This document shows positions 11,446 to 19,430 of a stretch of 32,000 bases of DNA, one piece after another. Location of the stretch: the NCBI RefSeq assembly GCF_000009045.1, contig NC_000964.3:3120001-3152000 (forward strand). The letters are read 5' to 3'. A model generated the notes under the pieces. The model worked only from the letters and a program-made list of their open reading frames with translations. It was not told the DNA's origin and searched no databases. Position numbers and translations under genes: made by a program. The stretch comes from Bacillus subtilis subsp. subtilis str. 168. Its GTDB lineage: Bacteria > Bacillota > Bacilli > Bacillales > Bacillaceae. Position 1 is the first letter of the stretch, and each line of letters opens with the position of its first letter.

Positions 11446-12219
11446 TCAGCGGTTTTTCATCCATTGTGTGAGCTGCCGCACGATACGCCGGTTTTCTTTT
11501 GGCGGGAAATAATGTGTGAATGTACTGTAGTACCATGTTTCCACCGGCTTATGCAGTTGTTTTAGCTTCTCTTCTAATAAATAGGAATGCTGAATCGAAA
11601 CATTTTGGTCTTTTTCTCCATGGATTAACAGCACGGGAGCCTGAATTTTGTTTACTTGGTCAAACGGTGTCCTCCATTGATATTCCTCAGGCACCTTTTT
11701 CGGTGTTCCGCCGATGACTCTTTTCATCATTCGCCGCAAATCCTGCCGCTCCTCGTATGTAAGAATCATATCACTGACGCCTCCCCAGGAAACAAATGAA
11801 GCTGCCTGCCCGCCCATTTCGATCGCAGTGAGCATTCCCATAATTCCGCCGCGGGAAAAACCGAAGATATGGATTCTATCCTTCTTGACATTTGGGTGCT
11901 GCTGAAGCAGGCGAAAAGCAGAAAATGCATCCTCCCTGTCTTCTCCGGCAAAATCCTCATTGCCTTCTCCTCCTTGATTGCCTCTGTAAAAAGGAGCAAA
12001 CACCACAAACCCTTGGGATGCAAACTGGATAATCCGGCCCGGCCGAACCATGCCCACGCTTTTAATCCCGCCGCGCAAATATAAAAATCCGTCATATTGT
12101 CCCGGTTCCGCCGGCTCAGCCAGAAGCCCCTTAACCCGTAATCCATTTGACAGATAGCAGATCGTATACAAACGCACATGCTGGCTTGGCGACGGAAATC
12201 TTCTTTTCTCTACAATCAA
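11446..12219 (-). CDS. ytmA: Alpha/beta-hydrolase, prolyl-oligopeptidase (S9)/dienelactone-hydrolase-like
   Basis: Contains GFSRGG (GxSxG), a downstream HGEKDQNV motif and a C-terminal His. The track start at 12312 lacks an SD. TTG 12219 follows AAAAAGGAGGCGGCTGTT at a 7-nt spacing and gives 257 aa. Confidence 0.85.
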   Translation of the reverse strand: MIVEKRRFPSPSQHVRLYTICYLSNGLRVKGLLAEPAEPGQYDGFLYLRGGIKSVGMVRPGRIIQFASQGFVVFAPFYRGNQGGEGNEDFAGEDREDAFSAFRLLQQHPNVKKDRIHIFGFSRGGIMGMLTAIEMGGQAASFVSWGGVSDMILTYEERQDLRRMMKRVIGGTPKKVPEEYQWRTPFDQVNKIQAPVLLIHGEKDQNVSIQHSYLLEEKLKQLHKPVETWYYSTFTHYFPPKENRRIVRQLTQWMKNR

Positions 12220-12369
12220 AACAGCCGCCTCCTTTTTTCTATATGCTTTCCTTACTCCAAAATTACATCCGGAGAACCTGGTTAGGCATTCACACATTTT
12301 TATACCCATCATACGATATGTAAAGCAAAAAAGGATATTAACTTGATGCGAAATAAGGAGGTTGTCTAT

Positions 12370-13374
12370 GTGAACAGATGGTTAAGGCTGGGCTTCGCCT
12401 GTGTCGGCAGTATCTTTCTGATGTTCGCCCTGGCGGCTTGCAAGCAGGAAGAAACGCTCACCAAAGTCAAAGTAGCTGAAGTGACCCATTCAATTTTTTA
12501 CGCACCTTTATATGTTGCTGAGTCTAAAGGTTTTTTTAAGGAAGAAGGGCTTGATGTCGATGTGAATACGACCTGGGGCGGAGATAAAACGATGACATCG
12601 CTTCTTTCCAACGGCTCCGACATCGCGCTTGTCGGGTCAGAAACATCTATTTATGTCGAAGCGCAAGGGGCTAAAGATCCCGTCATTAATTTCGCCCAGC
12701 TGACTCAGACAGACGGAACGTTTCTTGTCGCGAGAGAAGATGTTGAACACTTCGACTGGGATCAGCTGAAAGGAAAAACGTTTCTCGGTCAGCGAAAAGG
12801 CGGCATGCCGCAAATGGTCGGCGAGTATGTACTGAACAAACATAAGATTGACCCGCATAAGGATATAGACCTCATCCAGAACATAGACTTCGCCAATATT
12901 GCCAATGCGTTTGCTTCTGGAACCGGTGAGTATGTACAGCTCTTTGAACCGCAGGCTTCTCTCTTTGAGAAAAAAGGCATCGGCCATATCGTGGCTTCAT
13001 TCGGAGAAGAATCAGGAGAGGTTCCTTATACGACTTTTATGGCGAAACAAAGCTATTTGAAGAAAAATGAAGACACAGCCGTCAAGTTTACAAAAGCCAT
13101 TTATAAGGCGCAGCAGTGGGTTGAAAATCATTCTGCGAAGGACATCACAGATGCCATTAAAGATGAATTTGATGATACCGACCCAGACGTCATCGAAACA
13201 TCCATTGAACGCTATAAAAAACAGCATTCATATTCACCAGACCCTCTGCTTAACGAAAAAGAATGGGAGCTTCTCCAAACCATTATGGATAAATCGGGAG
13301 AACTGCCGAAGCACATTCCATACAATCAGCTTGTAAATAAAGAAATTGCTGAAAAAGTCACCTCGGAGAAATAG
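12370..13374 (+). CDS. ytlA: Lipoprotein substrate-binding protein of a NitT/TauT-family (NMT1/THI5-like) ABC importer, substrate unknown
   Basis: GTG 12370 follows AAGGAGG at a 7-nt spacing. The signal peptide carries lipobox LAAC. Product is 334 aa. Confidence 0.85.
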   Translation: MNRWLRLGFACVGSIFLMFALAACKQEETLTKVKVAEVTHSIFYAPLYVAESKGFFKEEGLDVDVNTTWGGDKTMTSLLSNGSDIALVGSETSIYVEAQGAKDPVINFAQLTQTDGTFLVAREDVEHFDWDQLKGKTFLGQRKGGMPQMVGEYVLNKHKIDPHKDIDLIQNIDFANIANAFASGTGEYVQLFEPQASLFEKKGIGHIVASFGEESGEVPYTTFMAKQSYLKKNEDTAVKFTKAIYKAQQWVENHSAKDITDAIKDEFDDTDPDVIETSIERYKKQHSYSPDPLLNEKEWELLQTIMDKSGELPKHIPYNQLVNKEIAEKVTSEK

Positions 13375-13386
13375 GAGGCGCCATCT

Positions 13387-14169
13387 ATGTCTTTCTTACA
13401 TGTCGACCATGTAACCCATACTTATTTTTCTATTAAAGAAAAAACAACGGCTGTGCGGGATATTCATTTCGATGCCGAAAAAGGCGATTTCATCTCATTT
13501 CTCGGCCCAAGCGGCTGCGGAAAAACAACATTGCTTTCCATTATTGCCGGTTTGATTGAGCCATCAGAAGGCAGAGTTCTGATTGAAGGCCGTGAGCCGA
13601 ATCAAAAAGAACATAATATTGGCTATATGCTTCAGCAGGATTACTTATTTCCCTGGAAATCTATCGAGGAAAATGTGCTTCTCGGTTTAAAAATCGCCGA
13701 CACGCTGACAGAAGAAAGCAAAGCCGCTGCACTCGGTCTATTGCCGGAGTTCGGCCTCATAGATGTGGAGAAAAAATATCCGAAAGAACTGTCAGGCGGG
13801 ATGCGCCAGCGGGCTGCGCTTGCAAGAACACTTGCGCCTAACCCTAGTCTGCTTTTGCTGGATGAGCCATTTTCCGCGCTTGATTTTCAGACAAAGCTGT
13901 CTTTGGAAAACCTGGTATTCCGCACATTAAAGGAATATCAAAAAACAGCAGTGCTTGTCACTCATGATATAGGGGAAGCGATAGCGATGAGCGATACGAT
14001 CTTTTTATTTTCAAATCAGCCGGGCACCATCCATCAGATTTTTACCATTCCTAAGGAATTGGCCGCGATGTTGCCTTTTGACGCCCGTCAGGAACCTTCC
14101 TTCCAGACACTGTTTCAAACGATATGGAAGGAGCTGAATTCTCTTGAGAAACAGCAAAGAAACCATTGA
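13387..14169 (+). CDS. ytlC: ABC transporter ATP-binding protein (NitT/TauT family)
   Basis: Walker [10 protein letters not shown], signature LSGGMRQR and Walker B LLLLDEP. Product is 260 aa. Confidence 0.92.
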
Positions 14170-14956
14170 TCTGCTTCACGAGCAGTATCAATTCAAACAG
14201 AAAAAGGAAAAGTGGAAGGTCCATTCCTTTCAGCTTGCCATATTTATTCTCTTTTTCTCGGGCTGGGAAATCTCCAGCAGGCAGGGCTGGATCGATCCGC
14301 TGATCTTCAGCTCTCCATCAGCTGTGTGGCGATTATTGCTGGAGAAACTTGGTGACGGTTCTTTACTGTCACACATCGGCGTCACTTTATTTGAAACGGT
14401 GCTTGGCTTTTTGCTCGGGACGTTTATGGGCACGTGCCTAGCCGCTTTGTTATGGTGGTCTAACCGACTTGCCAGAATTTTAGATCCGTATCTTGTGATT
14501 TTGAACGCAATGCCGAAAGTGGCCCTGGGCCCGATCCTGATTGTCGCGCTCGGTCCCAGTTTTATCAGCATCATTGCGATGGGAGCCATCATCAGCGTCA
14601 TTATCACAACCATCGTTGTCTACACCGCCTTCCAAGAGGTCGACGAAAACTATACGAAAGTCATGAAAACATTCGGCGCAAAAAAGTGGGTTATTTTTAA
14701 AGAAGTCATACTGCCTGCATCCTCCCCCGCGATTATTTCAACACTAAAAGTGAACGTCGGTTTATCATGGGTTGGCGTTATTGTAGGGGAATTCCTCGTT
14801 TCGAAGGTCGGATTAGGATATATGATTATTTACGGATTCCAAGTCTTCAATTTTACACTCGTCTTCTTAAGCCTGCTGATCATCGCCATCTTCGCCACTC
14901 TGATGTATCAGGGCGTCGAGCTGCTGGAAAAGAAATGGACGAAGGGGAGGACATAA
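14144..14956 (+). CDS. ytlD: ABC transporter permease (BPD_transp_1, NitT/TauT family)
   Basis: The track ORF of 270 aa starts at TTG 14144 and overlaps ytlC by 26 nt. GGAAGGAG lies 10 nt upstream. It has about 6 hydrophobic segments. The start codon is not certain. Confidence 0.85.
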
Positions 14957-14984
14957 AAAACCCGGCACATGTGCCGGGTTTTTT
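14955..14984. terminator. Bidirectional intrinsic terminator (ytlD / ytkD)
   Basis: A perfect palindrome, AAAAAACCCGGCAC-AT-GTGCCGGGTTTTTT, fills the whole gap between the two convergent stop codons. Confidence 0.9.
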
Positions 14985-15459
14985 ATTCAATCCATCCAGA
15001 TTCTTTCAGTTTTTTCAAGCTGATCGGAAGAACGGAATCCTTCATAATAAAGCTGAATTTTTTATTGCGGGAAAGGTTCTCCGGCAGCTCGTGAAACAAA
15101 ACCGGGCCTTTCGTTTCAAAGTAATCAGCCTGCTTTTCAAGCTTTTCTATATCTGCAAAATATATATTTTTTACAATCACTTTTTCTTTTCCGAGAACTT
15201 TATACTGTCCGAGATACTTGAGGCTTTTGACTCTCGCGCCCGTCTCTTCCTTTACTTCCCGGAGCGCAGCCTCTTCTGCGCACTCCATCGGCTCTACTTT
15301 CCCGCCTGGAAACTCATAGCCTCTGTCCTCATGTTCTGTTAAAAGCCATTTGCCGCCAAAACGGCAAATCACCCAGACATGCTTCGGGCTGTCCGAGAAA
15401 GGCTGATCGTCAAAGGAAAGCTGAACAGTATTCTGATAATAATCTTTAAACTCGTACAT
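14983..15459 (-). CDS. ytkD: Nudix hydrolase (MutT-like 8-oxo-(d)GTPase / NTP pyrophosphohydrolase)
   Basis: Nudix box GGKVEPMECAEEAALREVKEETG. Product is 158 aa. Confidence 0.92.
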   Translation of the reverse strand: MYEFKDYYQNTVQLSFDDQPFSDSPKHVWVICRFGGKWLLTEHEDRGYEFPGGKVEPMECAEEAALREVKEETGARVKSLKYLGQYKVLGKEKVIVKNIYFADIEKLEKQADYFETKGPVLFHELPENLSRNKKFSFIMKDSVLPISLKKLKESGWIE

Positions 15460-15667
15460 GTTTATCCCTCAAATCCGTTCCTAGCTATCTTCCATACATC
15501 ATACCACAGTTACGTTTCTTCGGAAGCCTTTTATCAAAAAATAAGGGAAACCCAGCACGCCGTCAGGTTCTGCATGCAGACTAGCTCGTACAGTTTTTTT
15601 GCGATACTTTTGCCGGAAAGTGCGACCGACGCTCTGGGCTTTATTATGACCCGCGAACAGGGAAAAG

Positions 15668-16072
15668 TTACGGTTTGCGCTTAAATTTATTTTTTAACGT
15701 TTCTAAAAGATCGACAAGCATCTGAGGAACCGGTATGCCAAGAGAGCTGGCTGTCACAACAATTTGCACAGATTCATAAAGAATATAAAACATAATAGCC
15801 AAGTCACGAATTGATCCCTGTGTATTCAGCAGCTGATCAAAAAAGTGGCATACAGAGATCAGAGCCAGCGTGACTAATTTTTTGACAAGCCGGGCAAATA
15901 CCTTTTTAAATGACAGTTTGTGAATAATGGTTTCCTTCAAAGTCGTACTGATAAATTCAATTGCCATAAGAGAGAGCAAAATCAGAAATGAATACTGAAA
16001 ACCTCCAAAGAAAAAACCCGCTGCTGAAACGCTGACTGCTAAAAACGAAAAGATGCCAAAGTCTCTATCCAT
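15668..16072 (-). CDS. ytkC: Holin-like small membrane protein (phage_holin_4_1 / TcdE-like family), not in a prophage context
   Basis: A 134-aa protein with 3-4 hydrophobic segments and a basic C-terminus (KNKFKRKP). It resembles the holin_4_1 pattern from memory. The region is AT-rich relative to its neighbours. Confidence 0.7.
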   Translation of the reverse strand: MDRDFGIFSFLAVSVSAAGFFFGGFQYSFLILLSLMAIEFISTTLKETIIHKLSFKKVFARLVKKLVTLALISVCHFFDQLLNTQGSIRDLAIMFYILYESVQIVVTASSLGIPVPQMLVDLLETLKNKFKRKP

Positions 16073-16183
16073 TTATCCCAACATCCTTTCACAGAAACGG
16101 CCTTACGATATTCTATGGTAAACAAGCCGAACGGATTGGATTTTTCAGAAAAATGGACTGGTTGTCGCCTATTTTTCAGATAC

Positions 16184-16221
16184 AAAAAGAAAAGCCGGAC
16201 GTCTTTTTTAAGACATCCGGC
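16184..16221 (-). terminator. Intrinsic terminator downstream of dps
   Basis: GCCGGATGTCT-taaaaa-AGACGTCCGGC is followed on the minus strand by TTTTCTTTTT. Confidence 0.8.
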
Positions 16222-16237
16222 CGTTCTATTTTTGAAC

Positions 16238-16675
16238 TTAACCTAGGTAAGCTTTTAGCATCCAGTTATGTTTTTCAATATTTTGATGGATCGCAAGAAG
16301 CATGTCCCCTGTTGTTTCGTCACCGACTTCATCAGCTAAATCCATGCCGTTTTTCAGCTCTTCCGCGATGACTGTGAAATCATCATATACGCTTTGAACC
16401 ATTTGTTCAGCTGTTTCATTTCCAGCAGCTTCTTTGACAGAAGCCGTTTCTAAGGATTCCTTCATTGTTGCAATCGGTTTTCCGTTCAGCGCCAAAAGAC
16501 GTTCTGCTAAGTCATCAATATAAGTTGCTGTTTCGTTGTACAGCTCCTCAAACTTTTCATGAAGAGTGAAGAAATCTTTCCCTTTCACATACCAGTGATA
16601 ATTATGTAGTTTCACATACATGACCGTCCAGTTGGCTACTTGTTTGTTCACTGCTTGAATCAATTGTTCTGACAT
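16238..16675 (-). CDS. dps: Dps-family DNA-protecting / mini-ferritin stress protein
   Basis: A 145-aa protein with ferroxidase-centre motifs ([16 protein letters not shown]...DDLAER) and SD AAGGAGGAG. Confidence 0.95.
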   Translation of the reverse strand: MSEQLIQAVNKQVANWTVMYVKLHNYHWYVKGKDFFTLHEKFEELYNETATYIDDLAERLLALNGKPIATMKESLETASVKEAAGNETAEQMVQSVYDDFTVIAEELKNGMDLADEVGDETTGDMLLAIHQNIEKHNWMLKAYLG

Positions 16676-16704
16676 GGTATCTCCTCCTTGTTATATGACT
16701 ATGT

Positions 16705-16730
16705 ATACCCTTAATATCGTACGCTAAAAC
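16705..16730 (-). promoter_or_regulatory. Sigma-B type promoter of dps (GTTTTA-N14-GGGTAT)
   Basis: The minus strand reads GTTTTAGCGTACGATATTAAGGGTAT, ending about 30 nt before the dps ATG. It matches the SigB consensus GTTTaa-N12-15-GGGtAt. Confidence 0.7.
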
Positions 16731-16803
16731 CTCTTTTTTACCCTTATCTGTCACGATTTCTTCTATTATGCTACAATTGTTAAAAAACGGGAGGTGGAAT
16801 GTC

Positions 16804-16944
16804 ATGACGCTTCTCATTACGATAAGTATTTTGATTGTGCTGGCTGTTTTGCTTGTAACCATTTGGACGACTGTAAAAGCCTATAATGTAAAGCATACCA
16901 TTGATCCACCACAAGAAAATCACTCTGATTCACACAATCAATGA
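16804..16944 (+). CDS. ytzI: 46-aa single-pass membrane peptide (below the ORF-track cutoff)
   Basis: GGGAGGTGG sits 6 nt before ATG 16804. The translation is [46 protein letters not shown]. One clear TM helix is followed by a polar tail. The symbol is from memory of the 168 annotation. Confidence 0.65.
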
Positions 16945-17375
16945 TGATGTGAATGCTCCTCTTCTGACTGATTGCTGGCAGCATCGGCGTCTCCGACTTG
17001 GACTTTTAAGGTCGGCATGCTATGCTGTTTTTTTGCTGTGACATGAGATTGGACAGTGTATACACCATCTTCCTTAAACGTCGTTTCCAATCGGTATACG
17101 CCTTTTTCTTGTTTCACCTTAAACATTTGGCTTGCGTCTTTTTCCCCTTCTTTCCATACTTCAAACTCTACTTCATCGGCATCCGTCACAGCTTCATCAC
17201 CATATGATACAGCTGCTTCATAAGCAGCGCTTTCTCCGGGATTTACTTTTTCAGGCCCGGTCAGCTTGACATCCAAAACCTCGGGCGTCTCAGCTGTATT
17301 TGCTTTACTTTCACCAGATCCGCATCCATTAAGCAATAAAGCAGAAAAAAGCAGAACAACCAACATCTTTTTCAT
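16938..17375 (-). CDS. ytkA: YtkA-domain lipoprotein (reported as CtaK, copper chaperone for cytochrome c oxidase CuA assembly)
   Basis: A 145-aa protein with a signal peptide, lipobox LNGC and a His-rich C-terminus (EEHSHHH). Recognised as YtkA. Confidence 0.88.
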
Positions 17376-17451
17376 GCCATCACCCTTTCATCGTTTACCT
17401 AAATAGTAGCAAACGCTTACAGCAAATGGTACACAAAATATGAGACGTCAC

Positions 17452-17485
17452 AAAAAAGACCTTTTTGCTTAAGCGCAAAAAGGTC
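17452..17485 (-). terminator. Intrinsic terminator downstream of luxS
   Basis: GACCTTTTTGC-gcttaa-GCAAAAAGGTC forms an 11-bp perfect stem, followed on the minus strand by T6. Confidence 0.85.
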
Positions 17486-17494
17486 CTTTCTATT

Positions 17495-17968
17495 TTAGCC
17501 AAATACTTTTAGCAATTCTTCTTTATCCTGTGAAAGCCAGAAACGCATTAAACGTTTAGCGCCTTCCAGATCATGAAGCTTCGCTTGGCCGCACTGCTTT
17601 TCATTCGCAGCAGGTATTTCTGTAATCTCTACCGCTTCCTTCATTGTGTCTTCAAGCAGATCAACGATTTCCGCTGATGTCGGCTCTCCGCTCACAACTA
17701 GATAATAGCCTGTCTGGCAGCCCATTGGAGAAATATCAATGATATCAAAATGATCGTATTTCTCAGCGTGAGAACGAATCGTAAACGCGAGCAAATGCTC
17801 GAGTGTGTGAATGGTGTCAGGCTTCATCGCCTGTTTATTTGGCTGGCAAAAACGAATGTCAAATTTATTTACAACGCCGTCTGTTCCCACTTTATGCACG
17901 CCGCAATGTCTTACATATGGAGCAACAACCGCATTATGATCAAGCTCAAAACTTTCTACTGAAGGCAT
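17495..17968 (-). CDS. luxS: S-ribosylhomocysteine lyase (AI-2 synthase)
   Basis: A 157-aa protein with the HTLEH metal-binding motif and a conserved Cys (GCQTG). Confidence 0.95.
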
Positions 17969-18003
17969 AATGGCACTCTCCCCTTTTTTAAAAATGTAAT
18001 TTC

Positions 18004-18012
18004 ATTATAACA
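18004..18012 (-). promoter_or_regulatory. Candidate extended -10 promoter of luxS (TGtTATAAT)
   Basis: The minus strand reads GTATGTTATAATGAA about 35 nt upstream of the luxS ATG. The -35 is poor. Confidence 0.35.
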
Positions 18013-18096
18013 TACTTTTCCGATAAGAATTATTGATTAACTTTTCAATCTGTGTTTTTTTTCTTATACTTGCATCAGAAAGGTTGCTGAAGAAAC

Positions 18097-18324
18097 ATGA
18101 AAACCCTATTCATCGCTCTGATCAGAGGATATCAAAAATTCATCTCGCCCCTGACACCGCCAACGTGCCGCTTTTATCCGACCTGTTCCCAATATGGAAT
18201 CGAAGCGATTAAAACACATGGCGCTTTAAAAGGCGGATGGCTGACAATCAAACGGATTTTGAAATGCCACCCGTTCCATCCGGGAGGAGTCGATCCCGTT
18301 CCTGAAAAGAAACAAAAACATTAA
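18097..18324 (+). CDS. ytjA: Membrane protein insertion efficiency factor YidD
   Basis: A 75-aa protein with the YidD signature '[27 protein letters not shown]'. Confidence 0.9.
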   Translation: MKTLFIALIRGYQKFISPLTPPTCRFYPTCSQYGIEAIKTHGALKGGWLTIKRILKCHPFHPGGVDPVPEKKQKH

Positions 18325-18884
18325 TTGTTATAACCGTTTACGATAAGATCCAGTTTTCCGGTTTTAGGATCAATGACTAAGCCATGGACCGGAACGTTTT
18401 CAGGGAACAGCGGGTGATGTTTAATAACATCTACGCTGTCTTTCACACTCGCTTCCACTGAATCAAAGCTTTTAAACCATTGATCAAAGTCTACACCGGA
18501 GTACTTTATTGTTTCGATGCGTTCTTCCGGAATCCCTCTTGCTTTGATTTTTTCAAGCATGCTTTTGCTGCTGATTTTGCTCATGCCGCAATCGTGATGC
18601 CCGATCACACACACCTCATCTGCATTCAGCTCGTACACTGCGACGAGTATACTTCTCATGATGCTTCCGAATGGGTGTGTCACAAGCGCACCGGCACTTT
18701 TAATGATTTTCACATCACCGTTTCGCAAATTCATCGCATGCGGCAGCAGTTCAACCAGACGAGTATCCATGCAAGAAAGAATCGCCATTTTTTTATCTGG
18801 AAATTTTGATGTTTGATACTTTTCATACTCTCTTTGTTCAGTAAATGTCTTGTTAAATTCGAGAATATCATTTAGAAGACTCAT
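18321..18884 (-). CDS. ytiB: Beta-class carbonic anhydrase
   Basis: A 187-aa protein with Zn ligand motifs CMDTR and HHDCG. Confidence 0.88.
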   Translation of the reverse strand: MSLLNDILEFNKTFTEQREYEKYQTSKFPDKKMAILSCMDTRLVELLPHAMNLRNGDVKIIKSAGALVTHPFGSIMRSILVAVYELNADEVCVIGHHDCGMSKISSKSMLEKIKARGIPEERIETIKYSGVDFDQWFKSFDSVEASVKDSVDVIKHHPLFPENVPVHGLVIDPKTGKLDLIVNGYNN

Positions 18885-18950
18885 GTTCGTTGTCCCTTTC
18901 TATTCTTTTTACTCTTCAATATATCACAACCCTTGTTTATTCGTCATAAT

Positions 18951-18977
18951 AAAAAAAGACAAACCCTCAGGCCTGCC
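18951..18977 (-). terminator. Weak candidate terminator after rpmE2
   Basis: The minus strand reads GGCAGGCCTGAGGGTTTGTC followed by T7. The stem needs three G.U pairs, so read-through into ytiB is plausible. Confidence 0.4.
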
Positions 18978-19226
18978 TTATTTCCCCATGTTATAGCGTT
19001 TTTTGAACTGCTCAACTCGTCCGCCTTTTTCATTGAATTTCTGGCGGCCTGTATAAAACGGATGCGTGTCAGAGCTTACCTCTACTTTAATGACAGGATA
19101 TGTGTTTCCGTCCTCCCACTCTGCTGTTTCATTAGATGTTTTCGTAGAGGTGCTTAGAAAACGGTAGCCGCTGTTGACATCCTGAAATATCACTTTGTGG
19201 TTCTTTGGATGAATTCCTTCTTTCAT
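18978..19226 (-). CDS. rpmE2: Ribosomal protein L31 type B (Cys-less, zinc-independent paralog)
   Basis: An 82-aa protein, [28 protein letters not shown]..., that lacks the CxxC Zn ribbon. SD AAAGGAGA. Confidence 0.93.
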   Translation of the reverse strand: MKEGIHPKNHKVIFQDVNSGYRFLSTSTKTSNETAEWEDGNTYPVIKVEVSSDTHPFYTGRQKFNEKGGRVEQFKKRYNMGK

Positions 19227-19243
19227 GGGTATCTCCTTTCAAT

Positions 19244-19264
19244 AAATCGTAATAATTACGTTTT
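19244..19264 (-). promoter_or_regulatory. Zur box (AAATCGTAATaATTACGtTTT)
   Basis: A near-perfect inverted repeat TCGTAAT-A-ATTACG, matching the B. subtilis Zur operator as I remember it. It lies immediately downstream of the -10 of the rpmE2 promoter. Confidence 0.8.
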
Positions 19265-19293
19265 ATTTTATAACCTTACAAACGTTTTGTCAA
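19265..19293 (-). promoter_or_regulatory. Sigma-A promoter of rpmE2 (TTGACA-17-TAAAAT)
   Basis: The minus strand has TTGACA at 19293-19288, an exact 17-nt spacer and TAAAAT at 19270-19265. Confidence 0.7.
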
Positions 19294-19430
19294 TCTTCTT
19301 ATATCCTTCCCTCTGTTTCACATCGTAAACCTCATGGCATTTAAGAATAGGAAGAATAATCTAACCGAGGAAGCAAATAATAAACCCAAAATACATACAG
19401 AACGTCTTTTTGGAAAGGTGGTTTACGATT

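Noticed and set aside
11766-12179. Long alternative-frame ORFs inside real genes: 137 aa in ytmA, 28804-29217 in menB, 23873-24247 in mntC, 14230-14613 antisense to ytlD
   Set aside because: They are same-locus shadow frames without SD sequences, and their hosts have strong family signatures. There is no evidence of dual coding.
14767-15342. 191-aa + strand ORF spanning the ytlD 3' end, the terminator and antisense ytkD
   Set aside because: It has no SD, crosses a perfect intrinsic terminator and is antisense to a well-supported Nudix gene. Its composition is low-complexity (F/L/R-rich), typical of a shadow frame.
15379-15684. 101-aa + strand ORF covering the ytkD start, the spacer and the ytkC end
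   Set aside because: It has no SD, and overlaps two coding ends on the opposite strand. The spacer is reported instead as an unexplained non-coding region.
19317-19322. TTCACA half-site upstream of ythA as a possible Rex/Fnr box
   Set aside because: Only one half-site is present, with no matching TGTGAA partner at any sensible spacing.
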